A stretch of DNA of 64,000 bases, taken from positions 1 to 64,000 of the IMG/VR virus record IMGVR_UViG_3300028592_000006. One strand, written 5' to 3'. The notes below the pieces were generated by a model. That model did no database searches and had not been told where the DNA came from. It saw nothing but the letters and a program-made list of their open reading frames with translations. Origin of the DNA: a virus (Duplodnaviria; Heunggongvirae; Uroviricota; Caudoviricetes). Within the stretch, counting starts at the first letter, position 1. Every line of letters begins with the position of its first letter. Positions 19,110 through 28,133 of the stretch are shown here, piece after piece. The position numbers and the translations under genes are program-made.

Positions 19110-19522
19110 AAACCGAAATCATCACCACCTTTCCTCCCGGCCTCTACTACGTCGGGGATCTCTGCTACCTGATCCAAGACCGGGATCAATGGTCGGCCGT
19201 CTGCAATGCCATTGCAAACACCTGGTGCGGAACCGTCAACCTGCCGGAACATGGCATCCAAGCATGGTTCTCATCGACCAAGTGGGGTGACGGAACCTAC
19301 CGTGACCAATTTGGACGGGAATACGAGGTGGACGCCGGCCTCATCGGGGTTTGCGCAGTCAAGGACACTACCCCGGTGCGTGGAGGCCACATCCTGGCCT
19401 TTGACCGGCCGTTCGAGTGCTTCGGGTATGATTCAGACGACTGGGATGGGGAAATCATGATCGGTGAACTGCGAATCGACACCGACCCGGAGTGCGACGT
19501 GGACGAGGAGGAAGAAGAATGA
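19106..19522 (+). CDS. Hypothetical protein with acidic C-terminus
   Basis: Internal Met MKTEIITT; ATGA-coupled. Confidence 0.5.
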   Translation: MKTEIITTFPPGLYYVGDLCYLIQDRDQWSAVCNAIANTWCGTVNLPEHGIQAWFSSTKWGDGTYRDQFGREYEVDAGLIGVCAVKDTTPVRGGHILAFDRPFECFGYDSDDWDGEIMIGELRIDTDPECDVDEEEEE

Positions 19523-19689
19523 AACCCACCGACGAGAACATCCGGGAGATGGCCCGCAAGCGCTACGGCCTGACCGGCAACGTGGACGTGGATGATGACG
19601 CGGTGGTCTCCCGTGGCGATGACCCGGGAGCCTACGTGCAGGCGTGGGTGTGGGTGCCTTTTGAAGAGGGTGAGGACGAGGAAGAATAG
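19519..19689 (+). CDS. Small acidic hypothetical protein
   Basis: Internal Met MKPTDEN. Confidence 0.4.
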   Translation: MKPTDENIREMARKRYGLTGNVDVDDDAVVSRGDDPGAYVQAWVWVPFEEGEDEEE

Positions 19690-19810
19690 CCTTTAGCTTC
19701 GGCTAAAGAAAAGAAGCTTGCACCGGTGCCGGCATCGGGTAGTTTCACCCACGTTCCTTGCATGCGGCGAGAACGGACCAATTTCCCTCTTGAGGAAAGC
19801 TCAAGACGCG

Positions 19811-19857
19811 AACCCCGATTCCTGGCCGCATACTGGGATCGGGGTTTTGCTTTTCTT
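19811..19857 (+). terminator. Rho-independent terminator
   Basis: AACCCCGAT-17 nt loop-ATCGGGGTT followed by TTGCTTTTCTT. Confidence 0.6.
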
Positions 19858-20269
19858 CCGGGAAGCACCACTTCACATAACAAGGAAGGAAGGAACGTTC
19901 AAAGCGACCGCACCCGACCCACCGGAAGATCACAAGGGTCTCCCCCTGACGACAAATGAAGGGGAGATGGCGTGGCGGTGACAGCACCACGTCTCAGTGT
20001 GAATGCTCCATGGGGTTTGAAGCCGTTCCTACCACCACAGCCCTTCGGCTACTCATGGGGTCCGGCGTCCTGCTTGCAGGGCTGCGAGCAGGCTTGTCCC
20101 GCAAAGCAATCCCCGGTCTATACGCTTTTCTCCGTGGCTCCGTTACGGGTGAGGTTCGAGCGGTAGGGTTTCGGCTGCAATGGCCGAACTCTGCCGTATA
20201 GCAACCGTCCACCACCCGGGTGAGGTTGGGCTGGTTTACTACGACCCGTCCGATTGCTCCTACTGGCAG

Positions 20270-20644
20270 ATGAAACCAAGGAAGAAACCAACCGAATCCC
20301 AGCGGGAGACCTTCAAGTTGAAGTTCCTATCCTTGGTTGGTGGTTTCCTTGTGAAGCATCCACATTGGACTTTGAAGAGATTCCACTCGGGACACTACCG
20401 GTTGATAGATGGCAAACGTCTCACGGACTTCTGGCCTGTCACCGGCACCTGGTATGACCTGGACTCGAGGGCGAAAGGGAAAGGCTTTGATTCTCTGGAG
20501 AGATTCCTGACAGGAGAACAACCCGAGGGGATACCCAGATCCAAATACCCGAAACCGGAAGACCCGAAGCACTACGATCATCCCGACCTGATGGATGACA
20601 TTCCATCCTTTGAAGACCTCAACCCTGAAACCCCACCTTGGTAA
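20270..20644 (+). CDS. Hypothetical protein
   Basis: Internal Met MKPRKKPTE (atgaaacc start context shared with other genes) of ORF 20180-20644. Confidence 0.45.
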   Translation: MKPRKKPTESQRETFKLKFLSLVGGFLVKHPHWTLKRFHSGHYRLIDGKRLTDFWPVTGTWYDLDSRAKGKGFDSLERFLTGEQPEGIPRSKYPKPEDPKHYDHPDLMDDIPSFEDLNPETPPW

Positions 20645-20997
20645 TGAGCCGACCACCATACACCGCTCGCCAGTACTTTCTCGAGATGACCGACCCGACC
20701 AATTGGCCGGAGGATGCTGGAAAAGAATACGCCCATGCCATGGAATTGGTCCATGAAGGGGTCATGGATTGGTGGAGCGAGCTTGAGCTGACTGAATACA
20801 TCGACGTTGTTGAAACCACAAAGGGAGCCATTTACCCCTACATGGTGGAAACCAAACCAAACGAAAGCTGGAGCGCCCACACCATCTGGAAGGAGCTGGA
20901 ACACGCCCAGATGGTTGGCAGGGCCATCCGGAGGGAACACCCGAATCTCCCCGTCCGCATTCTTCATTACACCGGCCCATCCGGTCCACCCTTCTGA
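20638..20997 (+). CDS. Hypothetical protein
   Basis: 119 aa. Confidence 0.45.
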   Translation: MVMSRPPYTARQYFLEMTDPTNWPEDAGKEYAHAMELVHEGVMDWWSELELTEYIDVVETTKGAIYPYMVETKPNESWSAHTIWKELEHAQMVGRAIRREHPNLPVRILHYTGPSGPPF

Positions 20998-21410
20998 TGA
21001 ACCCTGACGACACCGCCATGAGCTGGGACGAGTGGAAGGAAGCTGGCTTCCACGTCATCAAGGGCCAGAAGTCCCACCTGCGGGATGCCCTTGGTGTCCC
21101 TCAATTCACCGAACAACAGGTCGAGCCTGATCGTGGCAATTATCGGGGAATGTGGGAGGACGAAGGCGGAAACTATCATTACGTGATGCCCGGACAGACC
21201 GTTGCCGGACAAGTTTACTATCGACCGGAGGAGGCGCCTCCGCTGGCATTCGATCCACGAGGATTTCCAACCAAGGAGCGGATGGACTACCACATGAGCA
21301 TGCTCAACCCAACCCACCAGGCCTTCCGTGCCCTTGAATCCCATCTGGATTCGGTGTTCGAGAAGCACCACGGTGGCATGGAATTCGACGAAGACTACGG
21401 GGACTGGTAG
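20997..21410 (+). CDS. Hypothetical protein
   Basis: 137 aa. Confidence 0.45.
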   Translation: MNPDDTAMSWDEWKEAGFHVIKGQKSHLRDALGVPQFTEQQVEPDRGNYRGMWEDEGGNYHYVMPGQTVAGQVYYRPEEAPPLAFDPRGFPTKERMDYHMSMLNPTHQAFRALESHLDSVFEKHHGGMEFDEDYGDW

Positions 21411-21427
21411 CCCTTCGGGCTGGAAGG

Positions 21428-21631
21428 ATGAAGGACATGGACGACAAGGAACCTATAGCCATGAGTGAGGAAGCCTACCCTTGGTTCGCGACCAACGAGA
21501 AGCAGTTCGTCCAGATCACCGAACCCCGTTTCCAAATGGGAGGAATGGTTAATTGCCGCAACAAGGAAGGCCAGGAGTGGCTCATCCCGTTCGAGGAACT
21601 GGAGACAGCCGAGAAGCACAAGGAGCCATGA
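21428..21631 (+). CDS. Hypothetical protein
   Basis: 67 aa. Confidence 0.35.
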   Translation: MKDMDDKEPIAMSEEAYPWFATNEKQFVQITEPRFQMGGMVNCRNKEGQEWLIPFEELETAEKHKEP

Positions 21632-21819
21632 AAACCAACATCCTCATCAAGGTCCTCAGAGAATCCATTAAAAAGGATGGAGATGCCGTGCTCACAAAAT
21701 TCTCCCTCTTGGAAATCCTGGATGAAGCAAGAAAGCTCGAGAAAGAAGAAGCCATCCAAGAGGAGGAAAATCATCGGCAAGCATGGGAAGAAGCAAACCC
21801 TCACTGGGGGCAATTCTAA
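21628..21819 (+). CDS. Hypothetical protein
   Basis: Internal Met MKTNILIK; ATGA-coupled. Confidence 0.4.
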   Translation: MKTNILIKVLRESIKKDGDAVLTKFSLLEILDEARKLEKEEAIQEEENHRQAWEEANPHWGQF

Positions 21820-21825
21820 GCAACC

Positions 21826-21978
21826 ATGATCTTCACCCTGCTAATCCTTTCCTGCCTGCTCACAGGAGGCATCATAGGAGCCCTCCTGCTGGGCCGCTGG
21901 GAACACTACCGCTACTGGCTGTTTGCTGCCGGAGCCTTGTCCGAAACGGCCATGTTCATTCTCATTCACAAGCAATGA
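21826..21978 (+). CDS. Small membrane protein (50 aa, two hydrophobic segments)
   Basis: MIFTLLILSCLLTGGIIGALLLGRWEHYRYWLFAAGALSETAMFILIHKQ, ATGA overlap with next gene. Confidence 0.3.
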   Translation: MIFTLLILSCLLTGGIIGALLLGRWEHYRYWLFAAGALSETAMFILIHKQ

Positions 21979-22205
21979 CACTCATCACCAAATACGACAT
22001 CCGCCATCGGGTCTGGATCATGATTGAGAATAAGCCCGAAGAAGTGGAAATCCACGACATTACCGTGGCGGTGACTCCTGACGCTCAGGGTGTTCCGGTG
22101 CCAACCATCTGCTACCGGCACTACGGTGCCAAGCATGGCCTTTCCAACATTCACAGGCAGGACCTGTATTTTCCCACCAAGGAAGAACTCATCGCATCAC
22201 TATGA
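21975..22205 (+). CDS. Hypothetical protein
   Basis: Internal Met MTLITKYD of ORF 21783-22205. Confidence 0.4.
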   Translation: MTLITKYDIRHRVWIMIENKPEEVEIHDITVAVTPDAQGVPVPTICYRHYGAKHGLSNIHRQDLYFPTKEELIASL

Positions 22206-22993
22206 CACCGCAATCGAACCTCCGCACCATCACCCCCGCGTGGGCTGCCAAGGTGCTCAAATACAAGAACGTCGGCAACCGGCCGATCAACGAGAAGCAC
22301 GTCAAGGAGCTGGCCGACGAAATGGCCGGCGGACGCTGGGAACTCAACGGGGACACCATCTGCCTGAACGGCGAACGTCTGATAGACGGACAGCACCGCT
22401 TGAAGGCGGTCATCCTGTCGGGCGTGTCCATCCGCACCTTCGTGGTGGACGGGCTCAAATCCGAGACCTTCCACACCAAGGACATCGGCAAGCGCCGCAG
22501 CGGGTCCGACACCTTCGCTGCGGCGGGCGAGCAGAACACCACCCGGCTGGCAGCCGCGCTGGCAATGGTGGAGACCTACATGGCGGGCAAGGCGGGCTAC
22601 AAGATGAGCTACACCAACGGCCAGTTGCAGGACCTGCTGGACAAGTATCCCGACATCCGGGAAACCTGCGCCAAGAGTTTCAAGTGCCAGGGATTCGTCA
22701 ACCGCTCCATCCTTGACTCTTGCCACTACCTGTTCTCAAAGAAGGACCCGGAGCTGGCGGATGTATTCATCACCGCCACCCTGAAGGGTGTGGGATTGGA
22801 AGCAGGAAGCCCGTGGCTGGCCTTGCGCGAGCGGCTGGTGTCGAACTCGATCAACAAGGCGAAGCTCGACAAGTGGCACCTCATGGCGCTGTGCATCAAG
22901 GCGTGGAACTCCGCCCGCAAGGGCAAGCCGTTGCACCAGCTCAAGTGGACGCCTGACGGCAAGAACGCCGAGAACTTTCCCATCATCCTCTAA
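22202..22993 (+). CDS. ParB/Sulfiredoxin-like nuclease domain protein
   Basis: LIDGQHRLKAVI (DGxHRxxA ParB N-terminal motif). Confidence 0.65.
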   Translation: MTPQSNLRTITPAWAAKVLKYKNVGNRPINEKHVKELADEMAGGRWELNGDTICLNGERLIDGQHRLKAVILSGVSIRTFVVDGLKSETFHTKDIGKRRSGSDTFAAAGEQNTTRLAAALAMVETYMAGKAGYKMSYTNGQLQDLLDKYPDIRETCAKSFKCQGFVNRSILDSCHYLFSKKDPELADVFITATLKGVGLEAGSPWLALRERLVSNSINKAKLDKWHLMALCIKAWNSARKGKPLHQLKWTPDGKNAENFPIIL

Positions 22994-22995
22994 CC

Positions 22996-23214
22996 ATGAA
23001 CGACACCGAATTGATTGACTGGCTGGAAACCCAGGAAGGCTCCGCTTTGATTTCCGATGACTTCGGACACTGGGCCGTAAGTGGAACGGGGATGCAAAAC
23101 GTGCCCGAGAATCCGCCGGATGACATCCAAACCACCTTCTTCATCGAAAAGCACGAGTGGAAGAAGACTATCCGTGAAGCAATTCTAGCGGCTTACAAGG
23201 AAGTAGAGTCATGA
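22996..23214 (+). CDS. Hypothetical protein
   Basis: 72 aa. Confidence 0.4.
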   Translation: MNDTELIDWLETQEGSALISDDFGHWAVSGTGMQNVPENPPDDIQTTFFIEKHEWKKTIREAILAAYKEVES

Positions 23215-23633
23215 AAACACTCGAACAAAAGGAGCTTCGCTCACTGGTGGCACGGACTGCCTTGGAAATCCTTGCCGGCACCGGTATGCCTTTCAGGATG
23301 GAATACTGGGTGTCTTACAAGGGAGTTGAAAAACGGATGGGCTGGGCAGACCCGAACATCTGCGGCACCGCCTGCTGTCTGGTCGGTCACATGTATGCCA
23401 TTGAGCATGAGAAACCGGTGCTCTCTGCCGGAGACAATGAAGAGATTTCTGGTTTTGCTTCTGCAAACTACATCCCGCCATTCCTCTTCGACTCGGACTG
23501 GTCGGATGACCGCGATCAATGCGGGGTTCGCTGCCTGATGTGGCTCAATGGAGAGGACACCGAGGACTACGAGGCCACCGACATCTACCCGGTGCCGGAG
23601 GACCTCCGTGAACAACTCGAGCAATTTGCATAA
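23211..23633 (+). CDS. Hypothetical protein, CGTxCCxxGH paralog family member
   Basis: NICGTACCLVGHMYA ... PPFLFDSDW ... QCGVRCLMWL. Confidence 0.55.
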   Translation: MKTLEQKELRSLVARTALEILAGTGMPFRMEYWVSYKGVEKRMGWADPNICGTACCLVGHMYAIEHEKPVLSAGDNEEISGFASANYIPPFLFDSDWSDDRDQCGVRCLMWLNGEDTEDYEATDIYPVPEDLREQLEQFA

Positions 23634-24091
23634 TGAAGCGATCAAAAGAACAACGCCTTGCGGTGGCAGCCATTCGCATTCTCGACGAGGTAGGACCAAG
23701 CCTGGACATGGATACCTTCGCCAATCATTGCGGCACCTCCTGCTGTCTTGCCGGCCATGCCGTTTTGCCGATGGGGAAAACCGCTCCACGAAAGGGCATG
23801 AGCCCAATCCAGGAGCGTCTCATTGCGGACCTTGCCGGTGATTTCACCGACAACTTCACCAATCGTTCCGCATCATGGCTTTTCAGCCCGGTATGGAGCA
23901 ACGACCGCAAGCAATGCGCCACCCGGGTCCTGATGTTCCTTGAGAACGACAAGGGGGCACCTGCTGAATTCGAAACCCGTCCTGGCGACCAAGGCCCCAA
24001 GGGGGTGAAGGATTACCCGGTGCCGCGCAACCTGCGTGCCCGGCTGATGAAGTTCGTCCCGGCCGATCTCAAGGAATCCCTCTCGAAATGA
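23633..24091 (+). CDS. Hypothetical protein, CGTxCCxxGH paralog family member
   Basis: NHCGTSCCLAGHAVL ... SWLFSPVW ... QCATRVLMFL; tandem with 23211-23633. Confidence 0.55.
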   Translation: MKRSKEQRLAVAAIRILDEVGPSLDMDTFANHCGTSCCLAGHAVLPMGKTAPRKGMSPIQERLIADLAGDFTDNFTNRSASWLFSPVWSNDRKQCATRVLMFLENDKGAPAEFETRPGDQGPKGVKDYPVPRNLRARLMKFVPADLKESLSK

Positions 24092-24411
24092 AGTCCGTCT
24101 TGCAGCGCCAAAAGATCAACCCGTATCTGGCACCGACCACCACCCACCTGTCGGAGTGCCTTCCGTATTACCTGTCGAACCATAATTCGGGGAGCTACAA
24201 CACGAAGATGGTGCACATCATCCGCTCCGGGCTGGTCCACTGGACGAGTGACAAGCGGGACCAGGTGCGGCACCTGAGCTACAACTTCTGGTGCGGCGGT
24301 GCGGGATCGACCGGCAAGGGTGAGCTGATGGATGACCCCGGTGCATTGACGGTGTGCCGGCGCTGCCTTGAAGCGCACGGCAAGAGCCCGAACAAGACCT
24401 TAAAGCAATGA
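24088..24411 (+). CDS. Hypothetical protein
   Basis: 107 aa. Confidence 0.45.
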   Translation: MKSVLQRQKINPYLAPTTTHLSECLPYYLSNHNSGSYNTKMVHIIRSGLVHWTSDKRDQVRHLSYNFWCGGAGSTGKGELMDDPGALTVCRRCLEAHGKSPNKTLKQ

Positions 24412-24644
24412 AAGCGCTGTATTTGAAAGCCGATGGCTGGTGTGCCGTTTACGTCAACGGAATTGCAGTCTTCCAGGACCATTCGATCCAGCCGATGGAA
24501 ATGCTACGGCTGGCCACCAAGTTCTGCTTCGGGTTCGATGATGTCCATGTGGCATGGGCTAACGACGAGGATTGGGATGAATGCGAGGAATCGGGGCAAT
24601 TCCCGGAATTGACTGAAGAGCTGAAAGGAAGCTATGAGCCCTAA
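24408..24644 (+). CDS. Hypothetical protein
   Basis: 78 aa. Confidence 0.4.
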   Translation: MKALYLKADGWCAVYVNGIAVFQDHSIQPMEMLRLATKFCFGFDDVHVAWANDEDWDECEESGQFPELTEELKGSYEP

Positions 24645-24891
24645 GGAAAAGGTCGAGAAATCCCTGCTTGCGTTTAAAGCCCACCAGGAGCTTCGTGAGC
24701 GCGTTGCGGAAGTCTGGTGGAGGTTGTTCCACGAGAAGCCGACAAACGCCGCCACGACGACGCTGGCCACCTTTGCGGAGCTGCGGGGATTCGAGGCTAT
24801 CGAGCAATGGCTCACCCGTGCCGCCATGGAGGAAATCCCGCCTCAAAATGTAATACGATTCGTCCGCCATCAGGCTAAACACTTCCACTGA
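24634..24891 (+). CDS. Hypothetical protein
   Basis: 85 aa. Confidence 0.4.
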   Translation: MSPKEKVEKSLLAFKAHQELRERVAEVWWRLFHEKPTNAATTTLATFAELRGFEAIEQWLTRAAMEEIPPQNVIRFVRHQAKHFH

Positions 24892-25146
24892 ATGAAATTC
24901 AAACACCTCCTAACCATTACCATCGGCGTCATTCTCTGGTTTGTTGCCACCGTTGCCACTCCTGCCGCCACCGGGCTAGAGGCATCGGCCGCAGCCGACC
25001 AGGTCAAGACCGGTTTCAATTATCTCCAAGCCCGCGCCGAAATGGATCTGTGGGCGAGAGCCTGCCAACTGACCCGCATCGCGGGATACGCCCTGATCTT
25101 CTCGGGCGTCCTTTTTTCCATCCTCCCGAAAAAACAAAAAGCATGA
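24892..25146 (+). CDS. Small membrane protein (two TM helices)
   Basis: LLTITIGVILWFVATVA ... IAGYALIFSGVLFSIL; directly precedes SPFH lipoprotein. Confidence 0.45.
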   Translation: MKFKHLLTITIGVILWFVATVATPAATGLEASAAADQVKTGFNYLQARAEMDLWARACQLTRIAGYALIFSGVLFSILPKKQKA

Positions 25147-26123
25147 ACAAACACACCATCATCCTGCTGGCGCTGGCCAGCCTTGGCCTGCCCTCCTGCA
25201 TGAAGCCCGTGCGGGTCGATCCCATCAAGGAGATCAACCCCAACGAAACCGCCTTCGTGGTCCCACTGGAAGCCGGCACCGAAAACCAGGAAAAACTGGA
25301 GTCGGTTGAATTCCTCAAGCAGTCGCAGGTTGCCGCCAAGCGCATCGTCATCCCTCAACGGGAGCGCAAGATCGGCCGGTTCGATCACAACGTGGAATGG
25401 ATTCCGACGGTAAGGGTCCTCACCGTCAACCGGACACCGGTGACGCGGTCATGGATCACCTCCCTTTCGGAAAACCCCAAAGCGTCCAATGACACCCGTG
25501 ACTTCGGGGTCGAATCCAAGGACTCCATCGGATTCTCGGTCGGGGTGAACGTGTCGGCCTTCATCGAGGAGACCGACGCCGCCAAATACCTCTACTACTA
25601 CCGGGGTGATGACCTGTCCGAAGTGATGGACCGCAACGTTCGAGAACGGGTCCACACGGTCCTGCACGGTGAATTCACCAGCCTGACGCTACAGGAATCC
25701 AAAACCGCGAAAGCAGCCATTGTGGAGGCGCTCCGCGAGGACGTGGTGAAGCACTTCAAGGAGTTCGGCATCACCATCACCAGCATTGGCCTGGCGGAAG
25801 GCATGACCTTCGAGCAACCCGAGATCCAGCAGTCGATCAACAGCGCCTACGTTGCGGAAATGGCGGTGGAGCAGGCCAAGCAGAAGACCGCCGAGCAGAA
25901 CGAGGTGAACAAGCGCCTTCTGGCGCAGGCACAGGGTGAAGCCGCCGCCGCCAAGGAATTTGCCGCGGCAGCCGAAGAACGGATCAAGCTGGTCAACCTC
26001 GACATCCAAAAGATCAAGGCCGAGGCGGAACGCACCAAGGCCGAGAAATGGGATGGGAAAATGCCGCAGTTCATGACCAGCGGCGAGGGAGGAAACTTCC
26101 TTTTCCAAATCGACAAGCAGTGA
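25143..26123 (+). CDS. SPFH/Band-7 (prohibitin/HflK-like) domain lipoprotein
   Basis: Signal peptide with lipobox LGLPSC; C-terminal coiled-coil QAKQKTAEQNEVNKRLLAQAQGEAAAAKEFAAAAEERIK typical of SPFH proteins. Confidence 0.6.
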   Translation: MNKHTIILLALASLGLPSCMKPVRVDPIKEINPNETAFVVPLEAGTENQEKLESVEFLKQSQVAAKRIVIPQRERKIGRFDHNVEWIPTVRVLTVNRTPVTRSWITSLSENPKASNDTRDFGVESKDSIGFSVGVNVSAFIEETDAAKYLYYYRGDDLSEVMDRNVRERVHTVLHGEFTSLTLQESKTAKAAIVEALREDVVKHFKEFGITITSIGLAEGMTFEQPEIQQSINSAYVAEMAVEQAKQKTAEQNEVNKRLLAQAQGEAAAAKEFAAAAEERIKLVNLDIQKIKAEAERTKAEKWDGKMPQFMTSGEGGNFLFQIDKQ

Positions 26124-26229
26124 ATCAACCGGGGCAGCGCTGGCACCTGCTGGCGCTGCTTTCCATTAACTCCGGCCAAAGCGCTTCGCGCTGGCGTCTT
26201 CGAGTGAATCACCTTCTCCTCTCCTCCAC

Positions 26230-27072
26230 ATGATCGTCAAAAAAGGACTCACCTGCTTTCCCGCCCCGTTCGCCCGCGCCATCGCCAATGATGCTTACGA
26301 CCCCGGGGTCTCGGATTACACCGTGACCCAGCTTCTGAGTCCGCCACAGAGGACCTGGCTGGCCACCAAGGGTGGAAAAGTTGAAAGCGGATACGCAGCC
26401 ACCATGTCGGTGTTCGGAACCGGAGTCCACAATGTGCTGGAAAACCACGTGGACAAGGAGGCTGGCGAACTGGCAGAGGTTCGCTTCTACAAGCAGATCA
26501 ATGGCCTGACCATCGGAGGGAAGATCGACCTGTATGTCCCCGGTGAGGTCCACGACTGGAAGGTGACAGCCAAGGTGCAGGACCAAGCCAAGCCAGAGCA
26601 CCACGACCAAGCCCAGATGAACGGTCTGCTGGCAAGCCACAACGGGCTACCGGTGAATGTCGTCGCGGTGAACTACTTCGACCGGGCATGGAGCTACCTC
26701 CAGTCCGTCGTCAACCCGACCTATCCCAAGACCGCCTTCACTTCCTTCGTCTTCGACTTCGACCCGGCCTATGCGGAAAAGCGTTTCAACGAAACCATCG
26801 CCGACCACGTGGCAGCCAAGGCCGGCAGGCCGCGTCCCTGCACGGATGACGAGCGCTGGAAGAAGCCCGACACCTATGCGCTCATGAAGCCCGGAGCCAA
26901 GCGGGCCAGCAAGGTTTGCGACTCACTGGCTGAAGCCGAGTCACTCAAAAAGCCGGACCAGATCATCCAAGCCCGACCGGGCGAGTCCACCTATTGCAAA
27001 TTCTTTTGCGGATTTTCGCATATCTGTAGGCAATACCAGAGCGATCTAGCCCAACAATCCGAAGAACCATGA
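26230..27072 (+). CDS. PD-(D/E)XK exonuclease, Cas4/RecB-like with C-terminal Cys cluster
   Basis: GTGVHNVLE, GKIDLY, HDWKV motifs; YCKFFCGFSHIC plus N-terminal Cys consistent with Fe-S Cas4-like nucleases. Confidence 0.6.
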   Translation: MIVKKGLTCFPAPFARAIANDAYDPGVSDYTVTQLLSPPQRTWLATKGGKVESGYAATMSVFGTGVHNVLENHVDKEAGELAEVRFYKQINGLTIGGKIDLYVPGEVHDWKVTAKVQDQAKPEHHDQAQMNGLLASHNGLPVNVVAVNYFDRAWSYLQSVVNPTYPKTAFTSFVFDFDPAYAEKRFNETIADHVAAKAGRPRPCTDDERWKKPDTYALMKPGAKRASKVCDSLAEAESLKKPDQIIQARPGESTYCKFFCGFSHICRQYQSDLAQQSEEP

Positions 27073-27335
27073 AGATTTTTACACGCAACCGCTACGGCCA
27101 TGAGACGTGGTTTGAGTCCCGCCGCGGCAACAAATGGAAGGTGAGCTGCACGAAGGCCCATTACTGCCGTCTTGGAGGTGAGCCTGACAATATCATCTAC
27201 TGGGACCCGGAAGGAGGGCCTTTCATTGAAAAAGGGGTCAGCCTCAACAGGTTTCACAAGGATCTTCCCGATTCCCTCATCACGTCCATCAAGCCGCTCA
27301 AGACCGGCGGAATCATCGTATCCACCGAACCATGA
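27069..27335 (+). CDS. Hypothetical protein
   Basis: 88 aa. Confidence 0.4.
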   Translation: MKIFTRNRYGHETWFESRRGNKWKVSCTKAHYCRLGGEPDNIIYWDPEGGPFIEKGVSLNRFHKDLPDSLITSIKPLKTGGIIVSTEP

Positions 27336-27721
27336 ACAAACTGCCGAAATTCAGCCTCAAGGGGATGACCTGCACGGAACTGGCTACCTTCCTTGAAAAC
27401 CCTCCTGCCGGGGAAGAGCGTGCCGCAGCAACGAAGATTCGAGAACGCTTTGCCCATTGGTCCAAGGGACTCGAGCTGCTCAAGAAGTGCGGGGACCTTC
27501 CAGCGCGATACCACATGGCCTACATCAAGACAGCCAAGCACCTCGACCACATCCCGGAGGTGAAGATGATGGTGGGTGGAGGCAAACCGCAGCAGGTGTC
27601 CATGCCACGCTTCAGCAAGACGCTGAAGAAGATGGCGGAAGCCAATGGTCACGGAACCCTGCATCGGTGGAGCCGTGGAGCCTTCAAGCTCCATCAGCCG
27701 GTCAAACAGGAGGAGTCATGA
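27332..27721 (+). CDS. Hypothetical protein
   Basis: 129 aa. Confidence 0.45.
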   Translation: MNKLPKFSLKGMTCTELATFLENPPAGEERAAATKIRERFAHWSKGLELLKKCGDLPARYHMAYIKTAKHLDHIPEVKMMVGGGKPQQVSMPRFSKTLKKMAEANGHGTLHRWSRGAFKLHQPVKQEES

Positions 27722-27912
27722 TTGATATTTCCAACCCAGCCATCGGGATTTGTGCCGCATTGACCATCCTTCTGGTTCTCATCGCCGGATTCGCCATGGG
27801 TCATGATGAAGCAGACACGGGGATTTCAATCCCGGGTGGATTGATCATGGTGGGAATGGTCGGTTGGATTTTAGTGAACCTCATCGGGTTCATTGTAAAA
27901 GCATGGCCATGA
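27718..27912 (+). CDS. Small two-TM membrane protein (holin-like)
   Basis: MIDISNPAIGICAALTILLVLIAGFAMG...GLIMVGMVGWILVNLIGFIVKAWP. Confidence 0.4.
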   Translation: MIDISNPAIGICAALTILLVLIAGFAMGHDEADTGISIPGGLIMVGMVGWILVNLIGFIVKAWP

Positions 27913-28085
27913 AACAAGACCACGAACGCCTGCTCGACGCATTGGAATCGGCGCAGCTCAACTCCGGCTGCGGGGATGACCTCGACACGCTGCTTTACCT
28001 GATCGACCACCTTGAAATGGACTTCCTCGGCCACACCATGGCAGATGAACTCAAGGAGATGGCTAGAGACCGACATCAACCGTGA
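27909..28085 (+). CDS. Hypothetical protein
   Basis: Internal Met MKQDHERLL. Confidence 0.35.
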   Translation: MKQDHERLLDALESAQLNSGCGDDLDTLLYLIDHLEMDFLGHTMADELKEMARDRHQP

Positions 28086-28133
28086 ACGCCGCTGTCCTGC
28101 CACCTGCGGCCAACCCTAACAAAGCCCCCGACC

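Noticed and set aside
19690-19730. CTTTAGC-TTCG-GCTAAAG hairpin as a terminator
   Set aside because: A perfect UUCG-tetraloop hairpin but no following T-run on either strand. The real terminator is about 100 bp downstream.
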